Below, one piece after another: positions 31,840 to 41,764 of a stretch of DNA of 64,000 nucleotides (positions within the stretch are counted from its first letter, which is position 1; every line of letters starts with the position of its first letter). Made by a program: the position numbers and the translations under genes. The stretch is from Candidatus Levyibacteriota bacterium (lineage in GTDB: Bacteria; Patescibacteriota; Microgenomatia; Levybacterales; UBA12049). The notes beneath the pieces were generated by a model. The model was not told the DNA's origin and ran no database searches. It saw only the letters and a list, made by a program, of their open reading frames with translations. The stretch covers positions 67,454 through 131,453 of the forward strand of contig PJMG01000022.1 in the NCBI GenBank assembly GCA_003173895.1. The letters are read 5' to 3'.

Positions 31840-33705
31840 ATGGACTTAGATTTACTCAATGGCTTGAATAAAGATCAAGTAGAAGCAGTTAAATATTCCG
31901 ATGGACCCCAAATTATTTTAGCCGGAGCAGGCTCTGGTAAAACCAGAGTATTAATGCATAAAATTTTATATTTAATTTGCCAGAAGAATATTTACCCTGA
32001 AGAAATTTTAGCTGTTACATTTACTAATAAAGCAGCTAATGAAATGAAAGAAAGAATTATTAAATTACTTTCAGTCCAAAAGATTTATGGTAAACCACTT
32101 ATAGCGACTTTCCACTCTCTTTGTGGCCAAATTTTAAGACGAGAAGCAATTAAAATTGGTTTTAATTCTAATTTTGTAATTTATGATACTAATGATCAAT
32201 TAGACATAGTTAAAAAAGCTTTAGACTTTTTGGGATTTTCTCCTAAAGAATATAAACCTCAGGCTATTTTAGCTCAAATTTCTGGAGCTAAAAATGAAAT
32301 AATCACACCTTCTGAATATCAAGCTATGTTTAAAGGCCATTTTCAAGAAGTAGTTGGCGTAGTTTATAGTTCATACGAAAGAATGTTAAAAGAAAATAAT
32401 GCTTTAGATTTTGATGATTTGATTAATAAAACTATTTTACTTTTTAAACAAGACACGATAACTTTAAATAAATATCAAGAAAAATTTAAATATATTTTAA
32501 TTGACGAATATCAAGATACTAATAAAGCTCAATATGAATTGACTACCCTTTTATCTGCTAAGCATAAAAACATTTGCGTGGTTGGAGACTTTTCCCAAAG
32601 TATTTATTCCTGGCGCGGTGCTGATTATACAAATCTTTCCAAGTTTGAAAAGGATTTTAAAAATACAAAAATTTTTAAACTTTCTCAAAATTATAGATCG
32701 ACTCAAAAAATTTTAGATACTGCCACTCATGTAATTAAAAAAAATACTTCGCATCCTATACTTTCCTTATGGACTGAAAATGATGGTGGTGAAAGAATCA
32801 CTTTCTATGAAGCCAGAAATGAACAGCAAGAAGGAGAATTTATAGTAAAAAAAATCAATGAATATTTAAATAATGGCTATGAATATTCTGATTTTGCTGT
32901 ACTTTATCGTATGAATGCGCAATCTAGAAGTATTGAAGAAGTTTTCCTTCATTTGGCAATTCCTTACGCCCTAGTAGGTGGTACTAAATTCTATGAGAGA
33001 AAAGAAATTAAAGATGTTTTATCTTATTTAAGACTTTTCTTAAATCCCAGTGATAGTGTTTCTAAAGAAAGACTTGAAAAAGTTGGTAAAAGTCGTTTTA
33101 AAAAATTTTTAGAATATATGGGAAAAATTGAAATGTCTATGTTAGAAAAAATTAGACAAGGAGTAGAATTAGCAAATTATACTACACTTTATTTACTGGA
33201 TGAAATTTTAAAAGTTACGAATTATTTAGAACTCTATGATGAGAAAGTAGAAGAAGAAAGAGCGCGTTTAGAAAATATAAAAGAACTTAGATCTGTGGCT
33301 ACAGTTTTCCCTAATCTATCTCAATTTTTACAAAATATAGCATTAGTTCAGGATAAAGAAATGCCAGAGAAAGAAAATAATGAGAAATCAAAAAATGTAG
33401 TAACTCTAATGACTCTACATGCCGCAAAAGGATTAGAATTTAAAGTAGTTTTTATAATTGGAATGGAAGAAGGTATTTTCCCTCACGCTAGATCATTAAT
33501 GGATCGTTCAGAGTTAGAAGAAGAAAGAAGATTAGCTTATGTAGGAATAACACGTGCACGTGAAAAATTATTTTTAACTTATGCTAAAAGAAGATTATTT
33601 TTCGGTCAAAGGAATACTACCACAGTATCTCGTTTTTTATTTGACATCCCGGAGAATTTAATAGATCGCGAAGAATCAGAATTTGAAATTTATTATGAAT
33701 ACTAA
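31840..33705 (+). CDS. pcrA: ATP-dependent DNA helicase UvrD/PcrA family
   Basis: AGAGSGKT Walker A, DEYQDTN, and helicase motifs through to the C-terminus. The start is moved to MDLDLLNGL (31840) because the track start at 31783 overlaps tpiA. Confidence 0.9.
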   Translation: MDLDLLNGLNKDQVEAVKYSDGPQIILAGAGSGKTRVLMHKILYLICQKNIYPEEILAVTFTNKAANEMKERIIKLLSVQKIYGKPLIATFHSLCGQILRREAIKIGFNSNFVIYDTNDQLDIVKKALDFLGFSPKEYKPQAILAQISGAKNEIITPSEYQAMFKGHFQEVVGVVYSSYERMLKENNALDFDDLINKTILLFKQDTITLNKYQEKFKYILIDEYQDTNKAQYELTTLLSAKHKNICVVGDFSQSIYSWRGADYTNLSKFEKDFKNTKIFKLSQNYRSTQKILDTATHVIKKNTSHPILSLWTENDGGERITFYEARNEQQEGEFIVKKINEYLNNGYEYSDFAVLYRMNAQSRSIEEVFLHLAIPYALVGGTKFYERKEIKDVLSYLRLFLNPSDSVSKERLEKVGKSRFKKFLEYMGKIEMSMLEKIRQGVELANYTTLYLLDEILKVTNYLELYDEKVEEERARLENIKELRSVATVFPNLSQFLQNIALVQDKEMPEKENNEKSKNVVTLMTLHAAKGLEFKVVFIIGMEEGIFPHARSLMDRSELEEERRLAYVGITRAREKLFLTYAKRRLFFGQRNTTTVSRFLFDIPENLIDREESEFEIYYEY

Positions 33706-34816
33706 AAAAATGAATATTTTTCAAGATATTTTAGAAAATCAAAAACAAGATTTCAATAAACTTTCCATTCATCCTTTACAGACATGGGAATGGGGAGAAT
33801 TTAGAAAAAAAACTGGAATAAAAGTTATAAGAAGGGGCAGAGTAGAAAATAAAAAATTAGTAGAGAGCTATCAATTGACACTACATAAAATACCGCATAC
33901 AAAATTTAATATTGGATATTTACCAAAAGGAAATATTCCAAGCGAAAATATGCTGAATGATTTAGATCAAATTGGAAAAGAAAATAATTGTATTTTTATA
34001 CAGCTAGAACCAAATATTGAAAAATTACAAATGTTAAATGACCAATATCAAATTAACCAAAATTTAGAATTAATCATTGGTCACTGGTCACTACCACAGT
34101 CTACTCATCCTTTATTTACTAAACATACTCTAGTTTTAGATTTAAATAAAACTGAAGAAGAATTTTTAAAAAGTTTTTCTCAAAAAACTAGATATAATAT
34201 AAAATTGGCTGCTAAACATGGTATTTATATAAAAGAAGAACTAAATCAAAACTCATTTAATATTTATTGGGAAATAATGCAAAAAACTACGACCCGTCAA
34301 AAATTTTATGCACATACTAAAAAATATCATGACTTAATGTTTCAAACATTAAGTGCAGAAAATGAAAGATTTGATAGAAATGAACTCCAGGCACATTTAT
34401 TTATCGGATACTATAATCCTTCCAAAGATCCCATTTTACAAGCTAATCAAGCAAAAGATAATCAACCACTCCCCTTAGTTGCTTGGATTTTATTTACTTT
34501 TAAAGATACTCTTTATTATCCATATGGTTCATCTAGTAGTGAATATAAAAATCTAATGGCTTCTAATTTAATGATGTGGGAAGCGATAAAATTTGGTAAA
34601 AAACTAAATTTAAAAAGTTTTGATATGTGGGGAAGTCTAGGAGAAAATCCTGATCCGGGAGATCCTTGGTATGGATTTCATAAGTTTAAATTAGGTTATA
34701 ATCCCAAATTAGTAGAATTTATAGGCAGTTATGATTTAGTAATTAATAAAAATTTATACCAAATTTATAAAATAGCTGATAAACTAAGAAAAGTTTATTT
34801 AAAAATAAAAAAATAA
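33683..34816 (+). CDS. FemAB-family peptidyl-transferase (peptidoglycan interpeptide bridge formation)
   Basis: FemAB-like block KTRYNIKLAAKHGIYIKEE and an overall two-GNAT-like-domain architecture. The start may be an internal Met (MNTKK or MNIFQ). Confidence 0.65.
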   Translation: MKFIMNTKKMNIFQDILENQKQDFNKLSIHPLQTWEWGEFRKKTGIKVIRRGRVENKKLVESYQLTLHKIPHTKFNIGYLPKGNIPSENMLNDLDQIGKENNCIFIQLEPNIEKLQMLNDQYQINQNLELIIGHWSLPQSTHPLFTKHTLVLDLNKTEEEFLKSFSQKTRYNIKLAAKHGIYIKEELNQNSFNIYWEIMQKTTTRQKFYAHTKKYHDLMFQTLSAENERFDRNELQAHLFIGYYNPSKDPILQANQAKDNQPLPLVAWILFTFKDTLYYPYGSSSSEYKNLMASNLMMWEAIKFGKKLNLKSFDMWGSLGENPDPGDPWYGFHKFKLGYNPKLVEFIGSYDLVINKNLYQIYKIADKLRKVYLKIKK

Positions 34817-34817
34817 T

Positions 34818-35840
34818 TCATCCAATTTTTTTTATTTTATAAACTGCAGCTTTTTGACCAGAGACTAAAGTATTATATTTTTTTAACAAGCTTAATTTAC
34901 TATCAAAATTTTTTAAAATATTTTCAAACAATTCTTTTTTTGCTAATAACAAAATTATTAAACCATTAGGCTTTAAAATTCTCATAAACTCACTTAACAT
35001 ATCTGAATAAAATATTTCTAAATTCAATTCTTTACCGATTTCTAATCCCCATGGGGGATCAGTAACAATTCTATCTATATAATTATTTTTAATTTCTGCT
35101 AAATTTAATGCATCCCATTTTTGAACTAAAATTTTATGTTTTGTTTTATTAGCTTTAGATCTAGTTCTACTAACAAACATCTTTTCTATATCTGAAGCTA
35201 TAATTTCTTTATAAGCAAAATTAGTCCTGGCCATAGGAATTGATCCACTTCCACAAAATGGATCTAAAAAAATATCATTTTTAGACGGTTCTGATATTAA
35301 ACACAAAATATTAGCCAGCTCTGGATAAAGCTCACCTTTATCTAAAATTTTCTCATAAGATGCATGTCTAGTTATACGAAATCCTAAAAATCCATATCCT
35401 TCACGTCTAGAAATAAAAGTGAATTCTATCTCTGGATTAGTTCGATCAAGAAAGAAATTTTTATTTTGCAAAATGTTTCTTTCTATTTTTTCTCTAAGAA
35501 ATGGATTCATTGCAACAAATTGATTTTCTATAGTTGCCATAATTCTGAATTTAGTTTTTTTATTTAAATAGGGAATAGTTAAAAATAATTTTTTATCATT
35601 AATTACCTGTTTCATCATAAAAGGTATTGGATCTTTAGTTAATTTAGGAAAATATTTAAGTAGTAAAAAAGTATTATTTAGAAATTTAAGTTGTTTTATA
35701 GCATCAACGCTTTTATTAGTCTCATAAAGAATGATTCCATCTTCAAGTAAATTTATTTTTATATCTGGAATTTTCTTTTTAATTTCATCTTTAATTATTT
35801 CATTAAAACCAGTTATAAATGTAGAAAAATAAATTTGCAT
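34818..35840 (-). CDS. THUMP-domain RNA (guanine-N2)-methyltransferase (RlmL/Trm14-like)
   Basis: SAM motif I DPFCGSGSI and motif IV DPPWG. N-terminal THUMP-like region. Confidence 0.7.
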   Translation of the reverse strand: MQIYFSTFITGFNEIIKDEIKKKIPDIKINLLEDGIILYETNKSVDAIKQLKFLNNTFLLLKYFPKLTKDPIPFMMKQVINDKKLFLTIPYLNKKTKFRIMATIENQFVAMNPFLREKIERNILQNKNFFLDRTNPEIEFTFISRREGYGFLGFRITRHASYEKILDKGELYPELANILCLISEPSKNDIFLDPFCGSGSIPMARTNFAYKEIIASDIEKMFVSRTRSKANKTKHKILVQKWDALNLAEIKNNYIDRIVTDPPWGLEIGKELNLEIFYSDMLSEFMRILKPNGLIILLLAKKELFENILKNFDSKLSLLKKYNTLVSGQKAAVYKIKKIG

Positions 35841-36389
35841 TTAAGAAAATTTGTATAAATAAAGTCTATTTTTATGATCTATTTCCATTAATTTCAACCG
35901 CTTGGGATAATATTCCATTGGAATAGGGTAGGTGTATGAAATTAGCAGACTCCCCGACCTTGCTTCTTTTAAGAATTTAGGCGCCAGCCTGATCAATGCA
36001 TTTGGAATAAGATAGATGAAGAAAACATTAGCATCAGAAAAATTTACTTTAAAGAAATTTTTTCTTAATAATTTTACTTTATTCCCTACTCTATATCTAA
36101 AATTCACGTTAAACCAAGCGTTAAAAAATCTTATGGGATCAATCTCTATACCTAGAGAATGTGCATTAAATTCTGAAGCTGCTATACATATAGCATTCCC
36201 TGTTCCACAACCTAAATCATAAATTAAAGTTTTGTCAGAAACCTTAGCCATTTGGCACATTCTTCGAGCTATATGAGGTTTAGTAGTCCACCAAGGTGCC
36301 CATGGACTATCAGGTGGCCAAAGCATAGAAATAATTAAAATAATACAAAAAAGAGCTAAAAGTAAAATTAAATTAATTAAAAAAAACAT
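35841..36389 (-). CDS. small class I SAM-dependent methyltransferase with an N-terminal TM
   Basis: LIYDLGCGTGNA motif I and an N-terminal hydrophobic helix. Confidence 0.55.
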   Translation of the reverse strand: MFFLINLILLLALFCIILIISMLWPPDSPWAPWWTTKPHIARRMCQMAKVSDKTLIYDLGCGTGNAICIAASEFNAHSLGIEIDPIRFFNAWFNVNFRYRVGNKVKLLRKNFFKVNFSDANVFFIYLIPNALIRLAPKFLKEARSGSLLISYTYPIPMEYYPKRLKLMEIDHKNRLYLYKFS

Positions 36390-36390
36390 A

Positions 36391-36702
36391 TTAAAATTTA
36401 TAAATTATTTTCGCAAGAATATTTTTTTTATTAACCAAACCAAATGTTCTACTATCGGTACTTTTATTTTTATTATCACCTACTAAAAAATATCTATTAT
36501 TAATAATTTTTGTAACTCTTTTAATTATAACTTTATCATTTACTTTTGCCACTACTATATCCCCTATTTTTAGCCCAATTAACCAATCTTTAACTGCCAA
36601 TATTTTATCCCCACTTTTAAGAAATGGATACATACTTTGACCTTCTACCTTAACCATAAACAATGGAGATATTTTAAGAAGTAATTTATTAAATGCAGTC
36701 AA
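36391..36702 (-). CDS. sodX: S26/S24-family peptidase, NiSOD maturation protease SodX-like
   Basis: GQSMYPFL (Ser nucleophile), GDNKNKSTDSRTFG (GDN...DSR box), and a position immediately upstream of sodN. Confidence 0.75.
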   Translation of the reverse strand: MTAFNKLLLKISPLFMVKVEGQSMYPFLKSGDKILAVKDWLIGLKIGDIVVAKVNDKVIIKRVTKIINNRYFLVGDNKNKSTDSRTFGLVNKKNILAKIIYKF

Positions 36703-36703
36703 T

Positions 36704-37150
36704 TTATTTACTAGCGGCTTTTTTAGCTTCTTCTGCTTTATTAAACATTTCTGCTATTTCATCCACAGCAGATACTAATTTTTCAGCAGATTCTTTAGAT
36801 ACATGTTGCTTATTTTCTGAAACTAATTTAACAGCATTCCAAAACTTCTCATGTAAATCAGGAAACATTTTTAAATGTTCTGGTTTAAAATAATCAGCCC
36901 ACAGTGTAAATAATTCTTCCTTACATTTTCTGGCATGTTCTTCTTTAGTCCAAACACAACGTACAAATTTAGCCTTATCATCAACAGACTGACTATCTGT
37001 AGGTAAAGTCTCTATCAAAGAAACCATTTTTAAAACTGTTTTAGCAGCAATTTGTGCAGGTTTTGGATCATAAATACCACAAGGAACATCACAATGTGCA
37101 GAAGCAGTGATAGAAGGTAAAATAAAATGTAATACACTACTGATTTTCAT
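36704..37150 (-). CDS. sodN: nickel-containing superoxide dismutase precursor
   Basis: Pro-peptide then the HCDVPCGIYDP Ni-hook, plus LWADYFKP. Confidence 0.92.
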   Translation of the reverse strand: MKISSVLHFILPSITASAHCDVPCGIYDPKPAQIAAKTVLKMVSLIETLPTDSQSVDDKAKFVRCVWTKEEHARKCKEELFTLWADYFKPEHLKMFPDLHEKFWNAVKLVSENKQHVSKESAEKLVSAVDEIAEMFNKAEEAKKAASK

Positions 37151-37199
37151 ATCTCTAGATTAGAAAAATTAATGTATTTTGTCAAGCGGAAGGATAAAT

Positions 37200-38198
37200 T
37201 TAATATCGGAAATTTAGAATTTGTTTTACTTCTTTTAATGTTTTTATGGACTCTTCTCTTACTTTTTCTGTTCCCTCTTTTAATATCTTTAAAAGTTTTT
37301 CCTCATCATTATATTCTTTTCTTTTTTCTCTAATAGGAGAGAGAAAATTTTCTAATATAGTAATTAAATATCTTTTAACTTCTACATCTCCTACTTTACC
37401 TTCTCTATATTTATTTTTATAGTTTTCAATTTGCTCCTTATCTTGATCTTTACTAAAAGCATCTAAATAAATGAAAACTGGATTTCCTTCTACATGACCG
37501 GGATCTGTGGAATGCAAACGAGTTGGATCAGTATACATACTCATTACTTTTTCTTTTACTTCTTCTATAGTTGCGGATAAATAAATAGTATTTCCTAAAG
37601 ATTTACTCATTTTAGGATTACCATCTGTTCCGATTAATTTTCCTACTCTCCCAATTAATGTTTTAATATATGGAAAAATATTCTGCCCTGCCATTTTATT
37701 AAATGTTTCAGAGATCTCACGAGCTTGCTCTAGATGGGCTTCTTGATCTTTACCCACTGGTACTAATTCACCTTTAACACACATTATGTCCGCTGCTTGA
37801 TACATAGGATAATTTATGAATCCTAAACTAAATTGATCACCTAAACCTTTCATTTTTATTTCATCCTTAATAGTAGGATTTCTAAGCGCTCTATTATGAC
37901 TTACATACATACTAAAGAGAGATGCTAATTCATAAATTTCAGGTATATCTGATTCTACATAATAGCTAACTTCATTTTCTGATAATCCAACTGATAAAAG
38001 ATCTAATAAATTATCTAAAGCATATCCTCTAACATCTTTATAATTAAAATTTTTGGCTCCAAGTGCATGAGTATCAGCTAAAAGTAAATATTCATCATAT
38101 TCACTTTTTAGTTTTAATAAATTCTCTAAATTTCCTACGTAATGACCTAGATGTAGTTTTCCTGTTGGAGTAAATCCAGTCATTAGTCTCTTTTTCAT
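37200..38198 (-). CDS. trpS: tryptophanyl-tRNA synthetase
   Basis: TGKLHLGHYVG (HIGH) and KMSKS motifs. 332 aa. Confidence 0.85.
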   Translation of the reverse strand: MKKRLMTGFTPTGKLHLGHYVGNLENLLKLKSEYDEYLLLADTHALGAKNFNYKDVRGYALDNLLDLLSVGLSENEVSYYVESDIPEIYELASLFSMYVSHNRALRNPTIKDEIKMKGLGDQFSLGFINYPMYQAADIMCVKGELVPVGKDQEAHLEQAREISETFNKMAGQNIFPYIKTLIGRVGKLIGTDGNPKMSKSLGNTIYLSATIEEVKEKVMSMYTDPTRLHSTDPGHVEGNPVFIYLDAFSKDQDKEQIENYKNKYREGKVGDVEVKRYLITILENFLSPIREKRKEYNDEEKLLKILKEGTEKVREESIKTLKEVKQILNFRY

Positions 38199-38199
38199 A

Positions 38200-38583
38200 T
38201 TAATGTAATTTCATTCCAGGTTTTACCTGTCTTTCTGGAACTAGTAAAATTATTCCATTTTCATCATCTGTCGCCATAATCATTCCCTGAGATTCATAAC
38301 CTCTAAATGTACGAGGCTCTAAGTTAGTAATAACTGGAATTTGTTTACCTATTAAAACTAAGGGATCTGGATAAAATCCAGCTATGGCCGACATAATCTG
38401 TCTAACATGTTTATTTGGATATTTTTCAGCTAATTCTGGCAAAATAGTAATTTCACCAATATTCTCTAGCTCACCAAAATCAAAAATAAGTTTAATTAAC
38501 TTATCTGCATCAGGAACTTTTTCAGCACTCAAAACTGTCCCAATTCTTATTTCAATTTTAGAAAAATCATTAATATTTATCAT
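38200..38583 (-). CDS. stand-alone tRNA-binding domain protein (CsaA/Myf/EMAP-like)
   Basis: IEIRIGTVLSAEKVPDADKLIKLIFDFG OB-fold tRNA-binding domain, as normally found at the MetRS or PheT C-terminus. Confidence 0.8.
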   Translation of the reverse strand: MININDFSKIEIRIGTVLSAEKVPDADKLIKLIFDFGELENIGEITILPELAEKYPNKHVRQIMSAIAGFYPDPLVLIGKQIPVITNLEPRTFRGYESQGMIMATDDENGIILLVPERQVKPGMKLH

Positions 38584-38612
38584 AAGTGTATTCTAGCATG
38601 TTTACAAATTGT

Positions 38613-39497
38613 TTACTTAATTTCTTCTTTAAATCTTAATACAGAACCATTAATACAATCTCTATCTGGAAATAAAAATAAGTTTTCAATACCAATATTA
38701 TTAATATCTATATTTGTCTTTTCAAATCCAATATTTACTCCTCTTAAGTAAAAAGGAATTCCATGTTTATTTATATATGAAGAAATTTTATCTTGCGTAT
38801 AATCTTCTAATCTATAAAGTTCAAATTCAGAAATATTTTCTGTCTTTATTATAGAATCAGTTCCTTCGTCTACCAGATATAATCCTCCAGTATAAATATA
38901 TGCATGACCCTTATTTCGTAAAATAGAATAGATATCTTTAATAATCTCAAATACAGGATATTCTACATGCATTAGTACAAATGAAGATACTACTGCATCT
39001 ACGGAATTTTCACCTAACTCATCTTTTATATTACAAATATTCCCATCAATTATCTTTATTTCTCTTTCCTCCAAAAGATTTATTTCATCTACGGAGGGAT
39101 CTATATATTTATCTCCGTAACCTATCAGTTCTATTTCTTTAGAATTCCACCTTTCTCTACATCCAAGTAAAAATCCTCCAGCTCCAAAACCTACATCCAC
39201 GATTCTTAATTTTCTAAAATATCCTGTTTCTTTAGCTTCAATTCTTCTTTTTTCTAATTCTTCTTCTACCCACACTTCAAATTTCTGACCATTTAATCTA
39301 GGTAATAAATCAGCTACTTCATAAAAGCTCCTGTCTGTTCCTCCAGCTGGACCATTTCCATGTTTAGCTCTAAAAAATTTTACTCCAGCCAAATGCTTTA
39401 AAATAGGATAATCATAGCTGCTGATAGCCCTAGCTTGCATTTGAGTAAAATCTTCAAAAACTTCTTGACCATTTGGTAATTGATAAAATTCTTGCAT
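38613..39497 (-). CDS. class I SAM-dependent methyltransferase
   Basis: IVDVGFGAGGF motif I and an acidic motif II. Confidence 0.6.
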   Translation of the reverse strand: MQEFYQLPNGQEVFEDFTQMQARAISSYDYPILKHLAGVKFFRAKHGNGPAGGTDRSFYEVADLLPRLNGQKFEVWVEEELEKRRIEAKETGYFRKLRIVDVGFGAGGFLLGCRERWNSKEIELIGYGDKYIDPSVDEINLLEEREIKIIDGNICNIKDELGENSVDAVVSSFVLMHVEYPVFEIIKDIYSILRNKGHAYIYTGGLYLVDEGTDSIIKTENISEFELYRLEDYTQDKISSYINKHGIPFYLRGVNIGFEKTNIDINNIGIENLFLFPDRDCINGSVLRFKEEIK

Positions 39498-39503
39498 AAT
39501 AAT

Positions 39504-39920
39504 TTAAATTTCTTTTAGCCCTATGACATACTCATATAAAAATAAACAACTATATTTTTTACCTTTATTATCTCCATCCATAGCTACTATGATACTTTTA
39601 GAAGCAGCAAAATCAATTGCTGAATCTCCATTAAATATCTCAATACCATATCCAACTCCTTCACCATCTAACTTAAATATTTCAACACAATCCTTATTTT
39701 CATATTTTGCATAAGATTCTTGATTACTTAATAATAATTCAATTGATATATCTTCAAATGTATCATTCTGATTATAGAATCGTAGATATTGCACTGCTTT
39801 TGGATTTTTATGTTCTTTTTCTAGAGATAATTTATTTGCTAAAATATCTGTTGCACTAATTAACGGTGAAATATCTAAGCCTGACAGATATAAATTATTT
39901 TCTAGTGACATGTTTTTCAC
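39504..39920 (-). CDS. hypothetical protein
   Basis: 138-aa ORF with no motifs. Confidence 0.35.
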   Translation of the reverse strand: MKNMSLENNLYLSGLDISPLISATDILANKLSLEKEHKNPKAVQYLRFYNQNDTFEDISIELLLSNQESYAKYENKDCVEIFKLDGEGVGYGIEIFNGDSAIDFAASKSIIVAMDGDNKGKKYSCLFLYEYVIGLKEI

Positions 39921-40719
39921 CTCCTTTCAGATCTATAAATTTAAAATAATCCTTTATTGCTTTTATAGAAGTTTTAGAATCATGTCCACTTTGATAAGTT
40001 TTAAATACAAATTGATTCTTTTTGTCTGGAAAAGTTTCCTGAATTTTATTAAAGTAATCTTTTGATTGGTTGTAATTTATATTTTTATCTTTTATACCAT
40101 GCCCTATAAATATTTTAGTGTTTTTTAAATACTTAATATTTTCTATAGGAGACAATCCATCTAAACCAGAGAATTGTTTAATCCATACTTTATTTAAGAT
40201 TCCTCTATAAAGGTATTTATATCCATCTTTATTAATAGCATCATAGAAATTTTTAACAGTTTCTTCTTCAGGTATTTTTCCCACAATACTCCAATTAGTA
40301 ATTGGAAATATACTACAAATATTTTTTATTTCATTATTAAATTTAGGAAGAAGTAAAGCATAACTTGCGCCAAAACTTCTTCCGATAATATAGATATTTT
40401 TATATCTTAGATATTTTTTTAAATTTAAATAGCTACACTTTGCTTGTGTACCTAGTTTAAAACAATCATATAGCGTTAAAAACGTATTTATCACATTTGT
40501 TGGAGAAAATTCTCCATCGCTTCTACCATATCCAATGTAATCAGGAACAAATAAGTCCGTATCATGATTTAAAATAGTTTTTGCTTCGTCCAATGTGCCA
40601 TTATCAGGAAGTCTTGGGACTCCTATACCAAAAATAGCGATATTATCTGTTAACCTATTAGGTACTTCATAAAAAGTACCTGCGATATTTTTTATTTTAA
40701 GAAATTTACTTTGATACAT
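39895..40719 (-). CDS. alpha/beta-fold hydrolase
   Basis: GxSxG nucleophile elbow (IIGRSFGASYALL) and a C-terminal His region. Confidence 0.55.
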   Translation of the reverse strand: MYQSKFLKIKNIAGTFYEVPNRLTDNIAIFGIGVPRLPDNGTLDEAKTILNHDTDLFVPDYIGYGRSDGEFSPTNVINTFLTLYDCFKLGTQAKCSYLNLKKYLRYKNIYIIGRSFGASYALLLPKFNNEIKNICSIFPITNWSIVGKIPEEETVKNFYDAINKDGYKYLYRGILNKVWIKQFSGLDGLSPIENIKYLKNTKIFIGHGIKDKNINYNQSKDYFNKIQETFPDKKNQFVFKTYQSGHDSKTSIKAIKDYFKFIDLKGGEKHVTRK

Positions 40720-40721
40720 AA

Positions 40722-41567
40722 TTAATTAGGAATAAACATAGCTAAATTTTTTCCTTTACCCTCTAAAAAGCTAAAATACATGCCATGTCTATAATTTTCA
40801 GGAGTACCTGATGGATCTAAAGATATTAGTATATCTGACTTAGAGGATAAATTGGCTAATCCCTTTCCAGCTAAACCATAATTAAGCATAAAACCTATAA
40901 GCTCTAAGTACGATTTTCTTTCTGCAGATGAACCTCGTCTAAATTTTGTCTTTATTTGGTTTGCGTGATGATCTATCAAACGAATAATATCATTATTTAT
41001 ATTTAAATCTGATAAGTTTTTCAAATTAATACCAGAATTGTTAACTATATTTAATTTTTCAGCACTTTCATATAAATCAAGCTCTGTTGAAGACAATTTG
41101 TCATTTAGTTCTGTTATATTACTAAATTCTAGCTTTACATTACTTAAATTAAATTCATGTTTATGATCTAAAAAATAAGTTCTATATAAATTATTTTGCT
41201 TTCTTAGATAATTTCTTAATTGTGTATCAGTACTTAAATTTAATTGAGATTTAATCATCTGGGCATTGATAACTCCTGCATCGCCGAAGTATATTCTCCC
41301 TTTTGTAACTATCCCTCTAGTCGATAAGTACTCATTCACGACTTGAAGAGTCTTTAAATATCTAATAAATTTATTTTTATATCTCTCTACTTGATCTAAC
41401 TTATTAATATCAGATTTAATGCCAACTATACCTGCAAATTCTGATCCTTCCCGATTAGAATCCAAATCATATAGTGGACATACAATAGTATCAACATAAA
41501 ATGTGGGCGTAATTCCTTCTGATTGTTCTTTCTGACATCTTTCAATTGAAGAAACAAGTTGTTGCAT
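40722..41567 (-). CDS. hypothetical protein
   Basis: 281-aa ORF with no motifs. Confidence 0.4.
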   Translation of the reverse strand: MQQLVSSIERCQKEQSEGITPTFYVDTIVCPLYDLDSNREGSEFAGIVGIKSDINKLDQVERYKNKFIRYLKTLQVVNEYLSTRGIVTKGRIYFGDAGVINAQMIKSQLNLSTDTQLRNYLRKQNNLYRTYFLDHKHEFNLSNVKLEFSNITELNDKLSSTELDLYESAEKLNIVNNSGINLKNLSDLNINNDIIRLIDHHANQIKTKFRRGSSAERKSYLELIGFMLNYGLAGKGLANLSSKSDILISLDPSGTPENYRHGMYFSFLEGKGKNLAMFIPN

Positions 41568-41693
41568 GAAGAATTCATGAGTTTTACCTGGTACATTTCC
41601 TACTAATCTTAATCTTTTCTCAAGATCTGAAGCAATTTTAGAAGGTTTGTTTTGTCGCTCAATTCTTAGGATAGAATCATCAAATCCAAAGAT

Positions 41694-41727
41694 ACCCCTG
41701 AGGCTCTGAAGTTAAAGCCTGAGGGGT
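41694..41727 (-). terminator. strong hairpin, a terminator-like or leader structure between the trpR-like gene and the downstream gene
   Basis: 12-bp stem acccctgagGct/agcCtgaggggt with one mismatch and a 10-nt loop. The flanks are T-rich but there is no clean U-tract. Confidence 0.35.
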
Positions 41728-41764
41728 CACCTCTCCGATATTATTTTTAAATTCTTCTGTCATA

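Noticed and set aside
36016-36893. Plus-strand ORFs 36016..36222 and 36693..36893
   Set aside because: Antisense to the methyltransferase and sodN/sodX genes, which have strong motif support.
38384-38596. 70-aa plus-strand ORF
   Set aside because: Antisense to the CsaA-like gene.
39523-39714. 63-aa plus-strand ORF
   Set aside because: Antisense shadow within 39504..39920.
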